Source: the human T2T-CHM13v2.0 reference genome, Homo sapiens. From it: a stretch of 64,000 nucleotides of DNA. The notes beneath the pieces were generated by a model that was not told the origin of the DNA, made no database searches, and saw only the letters and a program-made list of their open reading frames with translations. Shown here one piece after another: positions 19,512 through 35,355 of the stretch (position 1 is its first letter; every line of letters begins with the position of its first letter). The stretch lies in assembly GCF_009914755.1 (NCBI RefSeq), contig NC_060945.1; one strand, written 5' to 3'. The position numbers and the translations under genes were made by a program.

Positions 19512-21102
19512 TCACCTGTTCCTGGATGTTTCAATAGTAACATATAGGCTCTCCTGGCCCAATGTAGAAATTTGATAAAATTGAATGAGTCGAATGAGCG
19601 CTTTCTAAGTTACATTTTATGCTTGTAGATGAAGAGCATGTCTTTTAAAGAGAAGCACCATGAAAAAAGTCCCAAGGCAAATGACCAACCTGAGCTGGCT
19701 GTGGTTGCAATTAGAACTGAACTGACCCTCAGCCCGAGGCCTTACAAGTTGGCTGAGCAGAACAGGAATGTCAACTCCTGGCTCCTTGAGATTCCCTTAC
19801 ATGACATTGACAATAAGGAGGACATTAGAAGAACTGAAACTGTCTCTGACTCACTATAATTTAAGTTCCCCTTAAAAGCCTACAGACAGAAATTCATAAA
19901 TCAACGAGACCAGCTGTCAAGACGTGTCACACTACTGTCTCTGCTGCCACTGTTAATCACAGCATAAAGGCATGAAGATGCCACAGGCAGACTCTCAGTC
20001 TTCATCAGTGACCGTGCTTGGAGGCAGTCATGGCTCAAGCCTGTGGTGGAAGTGTGAGGGACAGGGTGGGTCTCCTGGCTCTGCTGCTGACTGTATCTGA
20101 ACCAGGCAGCAAAGGTTGACCTCTGTGTATTAATATCTTCAAAGAAAGTTAATTCCCTGTTCTTTGACTATCGCCTGGGGACATTATGAGGATAAAGAAG
20201 AAAATAAATATGGAAAAGTATGTGTTATTTGGGATTAAAATCTCCCTGGAATACACAAATTTGTCAATTCAATAACTTTCTTCCTCTTTTTGATTCACTG
20301 AAAGCACTGGCTACTATCAGTTGGGTGAGGTTGTTCATAGAGTAGACACCAGGCACATATATGCTTCTGCTGTGCTATGACATTATTCATAAAATAAAAA
20401 TGTGTTTCTTCTTAATGTTTGTGAAACTGTAAAAAAAGAAGTGTCTATTTCAGTGTTAATGGGATTTTTAAGTAATACATAAAAAAAGGGCTTATGTGCA
20501 AAATTATGCATCCACATCTGTTGTGTTACTTTAGCCACTCATTGAGAATAAGTACATACAACCCACAAAACAGAAGATGTATTTTGGGCTCTGGAAAGAA
20601 ACCAATTCTGGTATTTTCAGGAAATCATGTCTACTTCAGTAACTGATTGAAGTTTGAGCCCAGTTCAGTTAGAAAATTACCCATCTGGACACCAAACAAG
20701 AAAGGAGAGATGTTCACACTGGTATCCAAGTCATCACCTGAGAGTCTACATCTATCTGGGCTTCTGTTTTTAAGGACAGGCTGTATATAATCGTCTCTGT
20801 TTTTGTTTTGTTTTGTTTGTTTTAAAGAAAAAAGAAAAAAAAAAACCCAAATTTGGAAGGGCTCTCTTTTAGGTTTCAAAGGGAAAGCTCAGAAACAAAA
20901 AAAATCATTTCACTCGGAACTTGGGAAATGAAGAGTAAGGAATAGTCAAGGGGAATTTTTAAAAGTTTGGTTTCTAAGGTCACTTCAAATTCTACTCTGC
21001 AGTAAGTACAATTGAGAGAGGCTTAAAATGCAGAAAGGAGACAACGTCTGCTCGAGCTTAGGCCCAAGATGCGGAGAGGCACAAGTCAAGCGGTTCTGAT
21101 AC

Positions 21103-21156
21103 CTGGTCGAGTGGTCAGTCCTCGGTCGGCAGCAGGGCGGGCATCAACAGGCTCAA
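21103..21156 (-). CDS. APP: APP exon 15 (V637-P654, alternatively spliced; skipped in L-APP)
   Basis: Translates (V)EPVDARPAADRGLTTRP; acceptor CCCAG| and donor CAG|GTATCA; 54 nt, phase 1-1; not captured in frame by the ORF track. Confidence 0.98.
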
Positions 21157-24100
21157 CTGGGCACAGGAAGCAAGGGACACAGAAAGCAAACAAGACAAAT
21201 CAAGATGGTAAGTCGTGGCTCCCAAACATAGTCGAGCAGGGAAAAAAGCATATGCAATAAACAAGTTACAAAAAAGGAGCAGCCAGAAAAGAACCACAGT
21301 GAGTTAATCCCGAGCATCGAGGACCAGGAGGGGCACCACTTTAAATGGCTTATCGCTATTGATGTGCCAGTCCTGCTCCTTAGTTTTCTAATAAAAGCCC
21401 TCACCAGGATACGCAGCAACATCAAAGAAGAGGGGTGGGGAGGGTGGATTTCCCTCTGAGCTAGTTTAGAGATAGTTTCTTGGCTTTTGATTAGAAATAA
21501 AATATTCCCAGCCTAGCAGAAAACCTTAAAGATACTTCCTTTTACAACTGCCCAATCTTATCTTATTTTACAGTTAATTAACTACAAAAGGACTCTGTTA
21601 AATTTCCAGGGGAAGTGCAAATATGAATTTATCAGGAGAGCAAAGTTTTACTATATAATCTGCCATTTAGTGAGTGAATCAAATTTGTCCTTAGTATGAG
21701 GGCAGAAGAGGGAAACCGCAGTCTTTTTCTCACTTTTTCAAAAAGGCTGGCTTCCATTTGACAGATGACATACAGCTGAAACGTGTGAAATGAGGATATT
21801 TCATTTTATATTTGCCATTGTTCACAATTTTCCCTTTTTATGTGTTCTGGGTCCGACCCAAAGAAAGCAGTGTGGACAGCATGATATTCCTCACCATCAT
21901 CTGACCTTTCCAAAGCACTTCTGATGCTCAGAAAATACTTCCTTGTTTTACGCTGGCGTTTGAAGAAACAAGGAATGGGGACAAAAGTGAAGTTTTTAGG
22001 ATTAATAATGGTCATAGGGTAAATGAAGCCACGGAGTGGAGGTGCAGGGGGAAGCTGCTTTGGTAAGGTGGCAAGTGTAAAGGGAAAAAGGTAAGACAAA
22101 GTGAGCACAGGTGCTGAAGGAGACACGGTGTGCTCGATGAAATGGCTTCTAACAATTTCAGCAAAACCATCCAGCTTACTGATGCACACAGGCCAGGCAT
22201 TCAAAGGTGGGATTCTCAGTCCAAATCGATTTTGGATGCCACATGTTAATAGAAACAGTGAGGGAGAAAAAAAGTGGCAGTAAGCCAAGTCTCCAAAATA
22301 TAAGAAAATATTTCCGGGAGCACTAGGATATTTGGATGAAATAAAAATTTGGTCCTTTCTCATGTAGAGACTGGCAGCATGGTGGAGTCAAAAGGAGGGT
22401 GAGGCATCTAATCCCAGGCCTGGGCCCAACATTTACAATGTCTGTGGCCTTGGGCATGCGCCCACTTCTGTGGCTGTTTCTCCATATGGAAACAGAAATG
22501 TTAACATCTGCATCTTCTAATTATGGTGAGGAACAAATAAGTAACCTTTAAAGCCTGTTTGAGACCCTACCAGATACTACAGAACTGCACTGATTAAATA
22601 TCCTATGATTAAATATTCCATAGTAACTACTGATGCGAGAGTGACTATTCTCTAGTATTTCACTAGTGCATTAGAGGAAGACATAGTTCACTTCCTTCTG
22701 CAACTCCCAAATACATTTCGACAATGAGGTTTGGTTTTTCTATACTTCATTTTTTTTCCTATTTGCAGCAACCTGTAATGAGTAACTGTATTACTCCTTG
22801 TAAAATGCAGTTAGTTGAAAGGTCATTGTACTTTGTGAGAATTTCCTGATGATGAGGGACCCAATAGTGCTTCAACTGCAGTTAAGAACACAACAGACCA
22901 CATGCACGAGGGCAAACGCGTACCTTGAAGTGGTGGTGAGCACATACATCAATAGTTACGTTATTAGAAAATGTATATGCAACTCGGGGCAGTAAGTTAA
23001 GTGTACCTGTGGTTTAAATGCAGGCTGAGGAGCTGGTAGTCCCACGGGCCACTGCTAATGTCACCACTTACTTTCTCTGTGATCTGGGGCTAATCACATT
23101 CTTTCTGAACTTCAGTTGTGTCACAAAGTAAATGGTTTTTCCAGGGTTCAAATGCGTATACTTATGTGAAAGAAACTTACAAATGATATTGTCCTATAAG
23201 TTTCTCTGCCTCTCCCCGCTCTTCTTCTTCTTCTTCTATTTTTTTAAATAGGCATGTATTATTTAAAAACAATAATAAAACCCTAACCCTATTTTTTAGG
23301 AAGATTAAACAAAACTAGTTTCAGTGACATAAACCCTAATCTGCTTTAAAAGATTGAAGCTGATTTAGTATAAATTAATGCTCAAAAAATAAGTAGCTCA
23401 GGGAGCAGACATTAAAAGTTTTTTAAAAGGCAATTATGATATCATTGCCGAAAAAAAAGAATACACACCAACAAAACAAAGTAGTGTGTTATTTCCCAAT
23501 CCACTGCAAATACTTTCCAATTTTTCCAATTGACCTTTACTTAACCAGACAGTAACTTCATCAATGAAGTGCTAAAAAACATCTTACATTGGCTGTTTAG
23601 TAATTTAAAAACAAGAAATACATTATCTTAGCTTTAACTTTTAATAGAGTTAAAATAAAATGTAAGCAGAAATGAGTTATTCTCTTGCTCTCAGTAGCTT
23701 TGAATCAAATCCTTTGCTGTAAGAGGAGAGAAACAGAATGGTCAGACCTCTGGGATTTTTGAGTCTGTTACTTCTGGTATTCTTTGTAATAAACCTCAAC
23801 TATTAACCGTGCTGCCTTGTACAAACTCTCTACCAGGCCAAAGGTAATGAGGAATCAGCAGTACACCAGTTTTACATATAGATAAGAGGCTGACAAGAAC
23901 TGGTTTGTAAGTTTAATGAAATATTTATTTAATCTAAATTTCAACATTTAAATTGGCTTCCTCATTGCCTCTATAAAGCTAGTTAAAAATATACTAGAAG
24001 GCAGCTTCACATTTTGCAAATACATCCATACAAGTCTTATAAGACCTGCTTTGTCTCTTTAAAAATATTATTTTATCTACATATTATATCTAGGTATTAT

Positions 24101-25063
24101 CTACAAAGAGGCAGACTGTTGGCCACAAAGACTTGCTGGCAGTCACTGCATGCTATGCTGCTCTTTGTGGCTGCCCTTCTCAGGCAGTCAGGAAAAAGTA
24201 GAACAAACACAAATGTCATCAACGCTAATGCTTCCAGCCAGATCATTTCACGATCTGTGAGCACAATTCTGTAACAACAGCTTCATTTCAGCCTAGCCAT
24301 TCATTTAGGTTTTGTGGATGTGAAAACCAAAGAATAAAAAATTGTTAAGGCAAATCACAGCACATTGGAAAACTCTGATATGCTTATTTTCTTCAATGTA
24401 AATTTAAAAAATGGGCATCAGAACCTCCTCTGGATTTCACTGATTGTTCTTAAGAAAAACAACAAATTTTTGGTAAGCATTTGAAACTATGATAATGAGG
24501 ACTGCATGAAGAACAAAAGGAAATCCTTTGAGAATTTTAGATATTTTCAGTAGTTGGGTGTATGTGTGTGTGTGTGCACATGTCTGTACAAAGAAAGACT
24601 AACAAGTTTCTGGGGAGAGGTGGGAGACGGTGTTAGAAGAGAGACGGCTTTAGGACTGTATCTCATTATATGGCTTATTATATTCATTATTTTAAGGATA
24701 CATTGTTGAGGCCATAAGGTGATTCATCTTGAGACAGGCTGATAAAGTCTCTCTAATAAGATCCTGGCTCCATTAAAAAAAAAAAAAGCTACCACTGACA
24801 TTTACTACGTTCCAGGAATTTTGCTAAGAGCTTTTTTATGCCTTCTTATTTAATGCTCATACTATACCTCTGAGTTAGGAATTATTGTCAACCTTATTTT
24901 ACAGACGAGGAAGCAGCCAGAGAGGCTAAGTAACTTGCTCAGAAGCACATAGCAGGGCTGGAATTTAAACTCGGGTCTGTATCATTCAGGAGTTCAGGGG
25001 TATGGGGTAGTATTTAATATCCTATGAGATGATGGCCGTCTATTTTATTTAAAAACCAATTGG

Positions 25064-25371
<308 letters not shown>

Positions 25372-26198
25372 TTGCTTAAGTGGCTTTTTAAATTGTTTGC
25401 TATAATCAATATATATATGTCAATGTTGGGACTGATAATGAAGAGTACTGCAACTCAAGACTCTGACACTGCAAGTTCTATTGCCTCCCAAAATTGTTAT
25501 ACCAGATTCTACTGTTCAAACAGAATCATCCAACAAGAATATCAGCTCTTTTCATGAGACCTAGGCAATGTAATAGCTGCGTGTTTGTCAAGTATCCAGA
25601 AGTACTTAATCAAGGTCTTTGCTCAAATGGACATCTTGGCAATACCCAAGGGTTTCACAGTGTATGTGTGTGTGTGTACATTCACACGTGTGCACGCAGA
25701 TTTTCTCCTAAGGCTGATGCAACAAGGTATGCTGTTAGTAAAAGAGCAAATTTAGCGTGCATTCAATTTACAAAATGAGATCGGACATTTTTCACTAAAA
25801 ATTCTCATTAGAGACTGAATGAAGAGGACCTTCAATGACCAAAATCTATCTACCTGTAAAGAAACAAAACAATCTGCACTCAATACATTTAACAGGACAG
25901 TTTTCCAGGTCTTTGATAATGAACTGTCCCTAAAATTGTTTTCTTCTATGTGATTAAGAATTATTTTCATAAATGGTAAAGTTTTAATTATTTTTACATT
26001 GTCAGTAACATGCTGTTTGCTATTACTGTAAGGTGCCCTTTTTCAAATTAAGGAAACAAATTTGGGGTGATGATTCACATTGTGAAAATAGTCTATATAT
26101 TTTCTGCAATGGTTCTTTAGAAAAAACTTGTCCAGTACACTTAAGGTCTAATATTATATTTAGATTTAGTACTAATTGCATGTTATAAGGTATATATA

Positions 26199-26511
<313 letters not shown>

Positions 26512-27822
26512 TATAAGGTATATTATAAATATGAAATCTCCATCAACATTTGCTGCTTTGATAAAGAAAATCAGGTAAAGTGCTGTTGTGTTCTTAAAAA
26601 ACATGTTATTTGTATCTAGAAATCAAGGTGTTTGTGTGTAATTGTATACTTCTGAACATGTAGAAAAAGATAAAAGAAGCTGAAAGATATTCTTGCCTGA
26701 ACAGGTGTTTCTGCTAAGAAATCCCTGTGAAAAAGGATGCCATCTACTGCTCAAATTTGTTGATAGAGAAGAATCTTACTTCTCTGAGGTACCAAAGGAA
26801 AAAACATTTAGAGCAATGTGCTCCTTAATTTTGGCAGCTGCCTTAAATTTAATTTTCTAAACACAAATTAAGTCTTAAGCAAAATTAAATTTTATTTATA
26901 TGTAGTTCTCTATCTTTGCCTTTAACATTTAATTCAATCTGAAATTTCATGTAAGAATAAGTAGCCAGTGAAGACTACTTTGGTGCCTGTCAAATCTGCA
27001 TCTCTGCAGGCCCTCAAAACTCCTCTCTGTTGGTAAACTGTAATTTTTCCTTATTTCACTATCTATCTGCTTTTTTGGAAGGTGGCATTCTAGGTCATTA
27101 CGTCATAAACACAAGTTGAATTTTGTGCTTCCATTCCAGAGGGAACAATATACCTCACAGTTAAAAAACATTTCTAAAAAATTCCTACCAAAAGTCATCA
27201 CTTAAGAACTTAGTCTCCTGGTGCCTCCATTTCCTCATTTGAAAAAGTCATAAACATAATAATATGATATACAGTACATGCTCTTTATGTATCCACTTTT
27301 GTTATATAATGTACCATTTTATATTAAGAAGAGGAACTGGAAAATAAAAATTAGAAGAATGTTATTGCCACACATTTTCCTTGTGAAGAACTGCCTCTTC
27401 AATAATACACTGTGGCTCCCCTTCGTCCGGGAGTGTTCACTCGAAGGATAATATTCCCTAGAATGCAAACCTGGACATGTGCGAAACAAGAGGCCCTTTA
27501 CCTGCAAATGTTATGTAAATCATTACCATTTTGTTTTGCCACCTATACAATGGAGTTGTTGTCTTTTCCAACAATTGGCAGTTTACATGCTTTGCAGCAT
27601 AAAAAATATAAAGAATAATTTACACAGATATATTATTTTAATGACATAGTAACTCCTAGTATTTACTTTTTAAAGTAAAATTATAATGAAAATATTTATG
27701 ACTACATCAAAAAAAATTCACCACTCAAGAACATACAAAAGATAACTCTCTCTCTTGCACACACGTTATGTATGTGTATATATACCTCCCAGAACGCCCT
27801 TGCTGGCTCAGGGGACTCTTAC

Positions 27823-28044
27823 CTTCGTTTTCTGTGTTGGCTGGCACAGAGTCAGCCCCAAAAGAATGCCACGGCTGGAGATCGTCCAGGCTGAACTCTC
27901 CATTCACGGGAAGGAGCTCCACGGTGGTTTTCGTTTCGGTCAAAGATGGCATGAGAGCATCGTTTCCGTAACTGATCCTTGGTTCACTAATCATGTTGGC
28001 CAAGACGTCATCTGAATAGTTTTGCTCTTTCTGAAGCAGCTCAT
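27823..28044 (-). CDS. APP: APP exon 14 (D563-E636; contains the eta-secretase site N579/M580)
   Basis: Translates (D)[73 protein letters not shown]; acceptor TTTAG| and donor AAG|GTAAGA; 222 nt, phase 1-1. Confidence 0.99.
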
Positions 28045-28090
28045 CTAAACCAAACAAAACCATCTCTTTGGTGAGTAACAACAATCACAA

Positions 28091-28108
28091 CAGCAGCAGC
28101 AGCAGCAG
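28091..28108 (+). repeat. (CAG)6 microsatellite just upstream of the exon 14 acceptor; (CUG)6 in the pre-mRNA
   Basis: CAGCAGCAGCAGCAGCAG seen directly. Confidence 0.9.
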
Positions 28109-30399
28109 CCACCATTTACTTCTGCCAGGCAAGACTTCAACTGCTTTCACGTGCATGATCGCGTTTAGAGCCATGACATAGGTACCATTATCATCTCCCT
28201 TTTACAGATGTGAAAACTGAGGCACATGGCATTCAAGCTACTTATGCAAAGTCGCAGCTCACAAGAGCTGCTGGCAGGACTGCAGGCAGGAGCATGGCAG
28301 CCGGCCAATGTGCTGCAGCGTGGCACTGCTAGAGGTGAAAGGCCACAGGGGCTCAGCTGCCATTTCCTCCTGACACAGTTAGACGTCCCTAGTATACAAT
28401 GATCGCACAGGAATAAACGCCAGGCTTTGGTGTGGCGGCAGTAAGTGAGGCACAATCTCATTCAAGCTGAAAGACAACAGACAATCTCCTGTCTTGCCTT
28501 GCACACTTGCAAGGATAAGAAAAGCATTAAAGGGCCAGTAGTTTGCTACCTTCTTGAATAGTTTTCACTGTCTTGCCTTGAAAAAAAATCTGCATTTCCT
28601 AAATGCTCCTCTTGTGCTGCATGACCTATGCTCTGAGGCAACAAGGAAACTGTTCCCTTGCCCTTCCAGATGTAGCCCTGCAGACAGACATCCAGCCTTC
28701 TCTGGACTTAACCACCCCTGGCTCCCCGTATTTCCCAATGTGAGCAGACACCAAATATCCTGCCTTTCTCCTCTGTTGCTTCCCTTTCCAAAGAATGCTG
28801 TCAGTGCCGCCTACCCCCCCACTTTAAAAATTGATTAAACAAGAATCAGCTTTATGGAACATCATTGACTTATCTTTTCTTACTGGAAAAAGAGAGCTTA
28901 GAATATAATCTTGTATCATGTGTAATTACTGCTTTAAAAACTGACCCCAGGATATGAAGATTTGTGAGTCTTCTCTTATGTCACCAAAGATTCACCATGT
29001 TTTTCTCTGATTTTTACAAATTAGAGACCGACAGACAGCACTGCACTATTAACAATAATATTTGATTAACCAAAATGTCTCATTTTCCAATCATAGCTGT
29101 GTCAAGAGTTTGCTGTAGTATATATTTCAGACACATCACTGGTTAGTTTTATTGCTAGAGAAAATGAAAATAAGATCAGGATTTAAATTTGATTTGTAAC
29201 ATTTTACAATCATCTTTCAAATTCTCTTTTCTATTGACAAAAAATGTATCTGAAAAATTAAAATTCTGTTCAAATATACCCATTAAAATAATTTGATGGA
29301 ATAGCATTAAAGCTTGTGATTAATATCTTTTCATGTAGTCAGTTTTATTGCAAGTGATTTTAAATGATGGAAGTCCCAAGCAAATTAGTCCTTTTGAAGT
29401 CTAATCTGAGTTATAATATATCCCTATTCACTGTGGCACCGTTTCTAAAATTCAATACTTGATGCCCATGATGACCTTTCCCTTACAGATAAAAGACCCT
29501 CATTAGATTTCCTCCAACTTTTTCATGTTTTACAAAGCCATAGGTAGCGGCTAATAACTTAGCCAATGTCTGATTAAATAAATTAAATGAGCATTTCTTT
29601 TATATAAATCTTTTGCTTGTGACTGTTAAGCACTTACTATGCTAAAGAGAGGATATTCTGGAATACTAATAATTATTGGTGCATACACATTCATCTTGAC
29701 AGGAAATAACCTTTGCCAGCGAGAAAGCTCTTGAACTCCCCAGGGGCTACGCTGTTCTTGGGTCTGTGGTATCTACTATCACTTACCATGTCCTTTATTT
29801 GGAAATGTTCTCACTGTTTCGCATACACAGTACTTATCTTCTTCCCTGTGACATCTCTGAATAACTCTTTTTACTCTTTTTTTCTCCTCTCTTCATCCCT
29901 GTCATTTTCTTCTTGTATCTCTTTCCATCTCTTTCTACAATTCTCCCCTTTGGAAATCCCATCGACTCTTGAAACTCTAAAGATCTCCTACCTTTGGGTG
30001 AATCTGAAATGTACTTCCCCAGCTTTGACTTCTCCCTCCCACTCAAATTTGTATATTTCCAACAGTTTGCTGGAGATACCAACTTAGGGCTCCCTCCTGA
30101 TCCATGCACTTGGTAGGTACACAACTGTACTCAAGGTCCCTGGCTTTCCCTTCCACCTTTCCTGTTTTCTAATCATGGCAGAACCATTCTCCCTCCCAGT
30201 CACAGGCTTGAATCCTTCAGAGCCATCCAGGACTCCCTGTATTTCTTCGTGTCCAGTACTCACACTACCGACAAATCCTTTTGCATTCTATTTCTGAATT
30301 CTCTCAGCCATTTCCTGCTTGCTTTTCCACACCACCCTCACCGCCCCTAGGAATATGATTACTTTTCGCCTGGATAATTACGATAGTCTCCTCACTGCT

Positions 30400-31037
<638 letters not shown>

Positions 31038-32165
31038 ATGGTCTCCCTGCTGGTTTTTATTTTACGTTTGGTTCCTGAAATCTTAGTTCCTGACACACAA
31101 GAATGGCTCCCTCTTTGTTTCAGTGGGTCTTCATTTTCTACCGAATTAATTCCAACTCCTTTGCCAGATGCTGAAGGCCCTCTGTGGTCTGGGCCCACCC
31201 CGTATTTCTAGCCATGGAACTCACAGCTCCAGCTGTCTACACCACACCTCTCTCTCAGGCTAAATAGCTTGGGGTATTCCCACAAAAGACCATGCATACC
31301 CATTCTGACACTTTTGTTTTCTATTCCTGCTATCTTGGAAGCCCATCTCTGCTCATCTACGTTATTTGAACTCTTTAGAGCCCAGCTCAAATGCCCTCTC
31401 CTGTATGACTCTCCTCTCCCAAGGCAGGCATTATTAATCTGATGGGACAAGGAGACTGAGGCTGGGAGAAAGGAACCAATCTCTTCAAGACCCAATGGCC
31501 AGTAAGCACCAGTGCTGAAATCCAAGTCCTGGGCTTCATAACACCAGCCTTCCCATGTTCAGCCCCTATCTATTTCAGCCTCTCGTATTATCACAAAAGT
31601 AGCTGTAGAAATTAGGCATTATTAAGCATGTCTGTTCCAATATCTTTAGCAGTCTCTTCCACCCTTGTGGATTTGTAAGCTGACTTAATCACCGTTAGTC
31701 CTATGGAATGGTTATTGCTTTTGGTCATCAAATAAGCATTTCTCAGGCAGGGGCAGCTGGAAAGGGCCCTGTGCCCATCTTAGCCCTTGGCAGTAAAAAG
31801 GCAGAGGAGCAAAAGATCACAGTGAGAAATCTTACACTTGTACTTCACAGAACAGTCAGGGGAGGTTGAGGTACGCTGTAGTACCCTTTTCTCTTTTCTC
31901 TGTTACACTGTTGGTAGAAAAGTTCCTCCAAATGGCCACCAGCATGCTGAGCCCCATGGTGGTTAATTATATTCATTTTCAGAAAATGTAAGTGAAAGAG
32001 TGACAGATTCAAGAAAAGGTACATTTTTAGCAGAGTGAAACACACTTAGCCTTCGTTTTTTTTTTTTGGTCGTTGTTCAAAATAGGAAGAAATCCACATT
32101 CCTATCTTAATTCAACACAGAAAATTTAGAAATAACCACCCCTGGCTATGTCATTCAGAACAACG

Positions 32166-32381
32166 AACCTCTGCCTCCTGGGTTCAAGCGATTCTCCTGC
32201 CTCAGTCCCGAGTACTGTGATTACAGGCACACACTACCATGACCGGATAGTTTTTATGTTTTTAGTAGAGACAGAGTTTCTCCATGTTGGCCAGGCTGGT
32301 CTCAAACTCCTGACCTCAGGCGATCTGCCTGCCTTGGCCTCCCAAAGTGCTGGGATGAGGCGGGAGCCACTGCGCCTGGCC
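32166..32381 (-). repeat. Alu fragment (no tail)
   Basis: Antisense Alu blocks. Confidence 0.88.
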
Positions 32382-33063
32382 GTCAGTGTAGTTTTAAGAG
32401 AAAAAAAGAGGTAGACATGATGGATTACCATTATCAGAAGTGGAATTCAATTTCGTCATCATAAAATGTCTAAGGCAGCCAGCTACCTGTAGACATGACT
32501 AAGGGCTCAGGATTTTACCAGTGGCTTACACACTGGCACTGGGCAATTGAGCCTATGACAAAATACCCAGAGACAAATATGATTCTTTCATTGTTCATTC
32601 TGAGTGGGACTTTCTTTGACTTCCATGGTGAGACTAATCACACCGAAACCACACTTCCACTACATTAGTGGCCCTGATGGATTATCCTTTTATCTGAATT
32701 AATTTAATACTTAATTACAACACTCTGATGGCCTGCAATGGGGATTTTCAGAACTTTTAAGCATCTATATTTGCCAACCGCTATATTAAACTAAGAGACT
32801 GCTTATTTTCCTCCCAAGACTTATTTTTTCCCCTTCTAAAAGCTATTTGTTATGACCCAAAATTGTAGCGTTTATCTTTGAAGTCAAATATCTTCTATAA
32901 TATCCAAGCATTTGAACCTTGTAGTTAACAGTGGAAATATTTAACTGAGTTTAGTGGTGATAATATTTAAAATATGGCTTCATCAATAACAGAGGTATTT
33001 AATTTCAAATACCAAACACCTAATGAACCCCATCACCTTGCTCTTTTACAAATGCTTCGAGGT

Positions 33064-33425
<362 letters not shown>

Positions 33426-33842
33426 TTATCATTGTAAACACTTTAAAGAAAACAACATCAAAAGATAATAATTTCATCTTCAAACAGCTAAATATTTTGT
33501 TTTTTCTTAGATATTCATGATCATTCATTTTGAGAAAAATAGCCTTATAAATAAAAGAACTGCTGAATAGGAAGCAGATGAATTCATCCAATATTCTTTT
33601 AATTATTAATCCACTAGCCAAATGTCTTCTAAGAATTTAACGGTCACATCTTACGATTAAAGAAAATAAAATTTATGGGCATTAAATCAATCAGTTATGT
33701 GTTACAAGTGTCAGTTATAATTACTGAACAGCTTCTTCCATCCACTGAACACAAGTGGGTTGGAGAAGAACATTTTCTTCATATAAAGGAGGTGCCACTC
33801 AGCCTTTTCCCTGTAAAGTCTGGCTGTTAAAGCTCTGATCTG

Positions 33843-34447
33843 AATCTATCCATCTGACAAAGGTCTAATATCCAGAATCTACAAGGAACTTAAACAAATT
33901 TACCAGAAAAAAAAGAAAAACAACCCCATCAAAAAGTGGGCAAAGGATATGAACAGACACTTCTCAAAACAAGACATGTATGTGGCCAACAAACATATGA
34001 AAAAAAAAAAAAAAGCTCATCATCACTGGTCATTAGAGAAATGCAAATCAAAACCACAATGAGATACCATCTCACACCAGTTGGGATGGTGATCATTAAA
34101 AAGTCTGGCAACAACAGATGCTGGCGAGGATGCGGAGAAATAGGCACGCTTTTACACTGTTGGTGAGAGTGTTAGTTCAACCGTTGTGGAAGACAGTGAG
34201 GAGATTCTGCAAGGATATAGAACTAGAAATACCATTTGACCCAGCAATCCCATTACTGGGAATATACCCAAAGGATTATAAATCATTCTACTGTAAAGAC
34301 ACATGCACACATATGTTTACTGTAGCACTATTTACAATAGCAAAGACTTGGAACCAACCAAAATGTCCATCAACGATAGACTGGATAAAGAAAATGTGGC
34401 ACATATACACCATGGAATACTATGCAGCCATAAAAAAGGATGAGTTC
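33843..34447 (+). mobile_element. Older 5'-truncated L1PA (host element), 5' part
   Basis: Decayed ORF2 C-terminus ([17 protein letters not shown]...); preceded by TT|AAAGCTCTGATCTG target site at 33829-33842. Confidence 0.9.
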
Positions 34448-35355
34448 GGGAGGTGGGAGCCAAGATGGCCGAATAGGAACAGCTCCGGTCTACAGCTCCC
34501 AGCGTGAGCGACGCAGAAGACGGGTGATTTCCGCATTTCCATCTGAGATACCGGGTTCATCTCACTAGGGAGTGCCAGACAGTGGGCGCAGGCCAGTGGG
34601 TGCGTGCACCGTGCGCGAGCCGAAGCAGGGCGAGGCATTGCCTCACCTGGGAAGCGCAAGGGGTCAGGGAGTTCCCTTTCTGAGTCAAAGAAAGGGGTGA
34701 CAGACGCACCTGGAAAATCGGGTCACTCCCACCCGAATATTGCGCTTTTCAGACCGGCTTAAGAAACGGCGCACCACGAGACTATATCCCACACCTGGCT
34801 CGGAGGGTCCTACGCCCACGGAATCGCGCTGATTGCTAGCACAGCAGTCTGAGATCAAACTGCAAGGCGGCAGCGAGGCTGGGGGAGGGGAGCCCGCCAT
34901 TGCCCAGGCTTGCTTAGGTAAACAAAGCAGCCGGGAAGCTCGAACTGGGTGGAGCCCACCACAGCTCAAGGAGGCCTGCTTGCCTCTGTAGGCTCCACCT
35001 CTGGGGGCAGGGCACAGACAAACAAAAAGACAGCAGTAACCTCTGCAGACTTAAATGTCCCTGTCTGACAGCTTTGAAGAGAGCAGTGGTTCTCCCAGCA
35101 CGCAGCTGGAGATCTGAGAACGGGCAGACTGCCTCCTCAAGTGGGTCCCTGACCCCTGACCCCCGAGCAGCCTAACTGGGAGGCACCCCCCAGCAGGGGC
35201 ACACTGACACCTCACACTGCAGGGTATTCCAACAGACCTGCAGCTGAGGGTCCTGTCTGTTAGAAGGAAAACTAACAAACAGAAAGGACATCCACACCGA
35301 AAACCCATCTGTACATCACCATCATCAAAGACCAAAAGTAGATAAAACCACAAAG
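34448..35355. promoter_or_regulatory. L1 5'UTR: CpG-rich bidirectional promoter (sense promoter plus antisense promoter)
   Basis: YY1 site CAAGATGGCC at 34461-34470; many retained CpGs at 34480-34950; SOX-type AACAAAG near 34921; L1 5'UTRs are known to carry an antisense promoter at about nt 400-600. Confidence 0.85.
34685..34900 (-). CDS. LINE-1 ORF0, intact 71 aa, with splice donors SD1 (after 34795) and SD2 (after 34710)
   Basis: MAGSPPPASLPPCSLISDCCASNQRDSVGVGPSEPGVGYSLVVRRFLSRSEKRNIRVGVTRFSRCVCHPFL matches recalled ORF0; ATG in GCAATGG context; CAG|GTGTGG at ORF0 nt 106 and CAG|GTGCGT at nt 191. Confidence 0.9.
   Translation of the reverse strand: MAGSPPPASLPPCSLISDCCASNQRDSVGVGPSEPGVGYSLVVRRFLSRSEKRNIRVGVTRFSRCVCHPFL

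Noticed and set aside
21806-22363. 185-aa minus-strand ORF in intron 14
   Set aside because: No recognisable domain or splice context; composition looks like chance intronic ORF. Only a conservation or ribosome-profiling signal would rescue it.
27725-28084. ORF-track extensions of APP exons (27725-28084, 13548-13742, 7760-7945)
   Set aside because: Reading runs into introns; true limits are set by the AG/GT sites given in the features.
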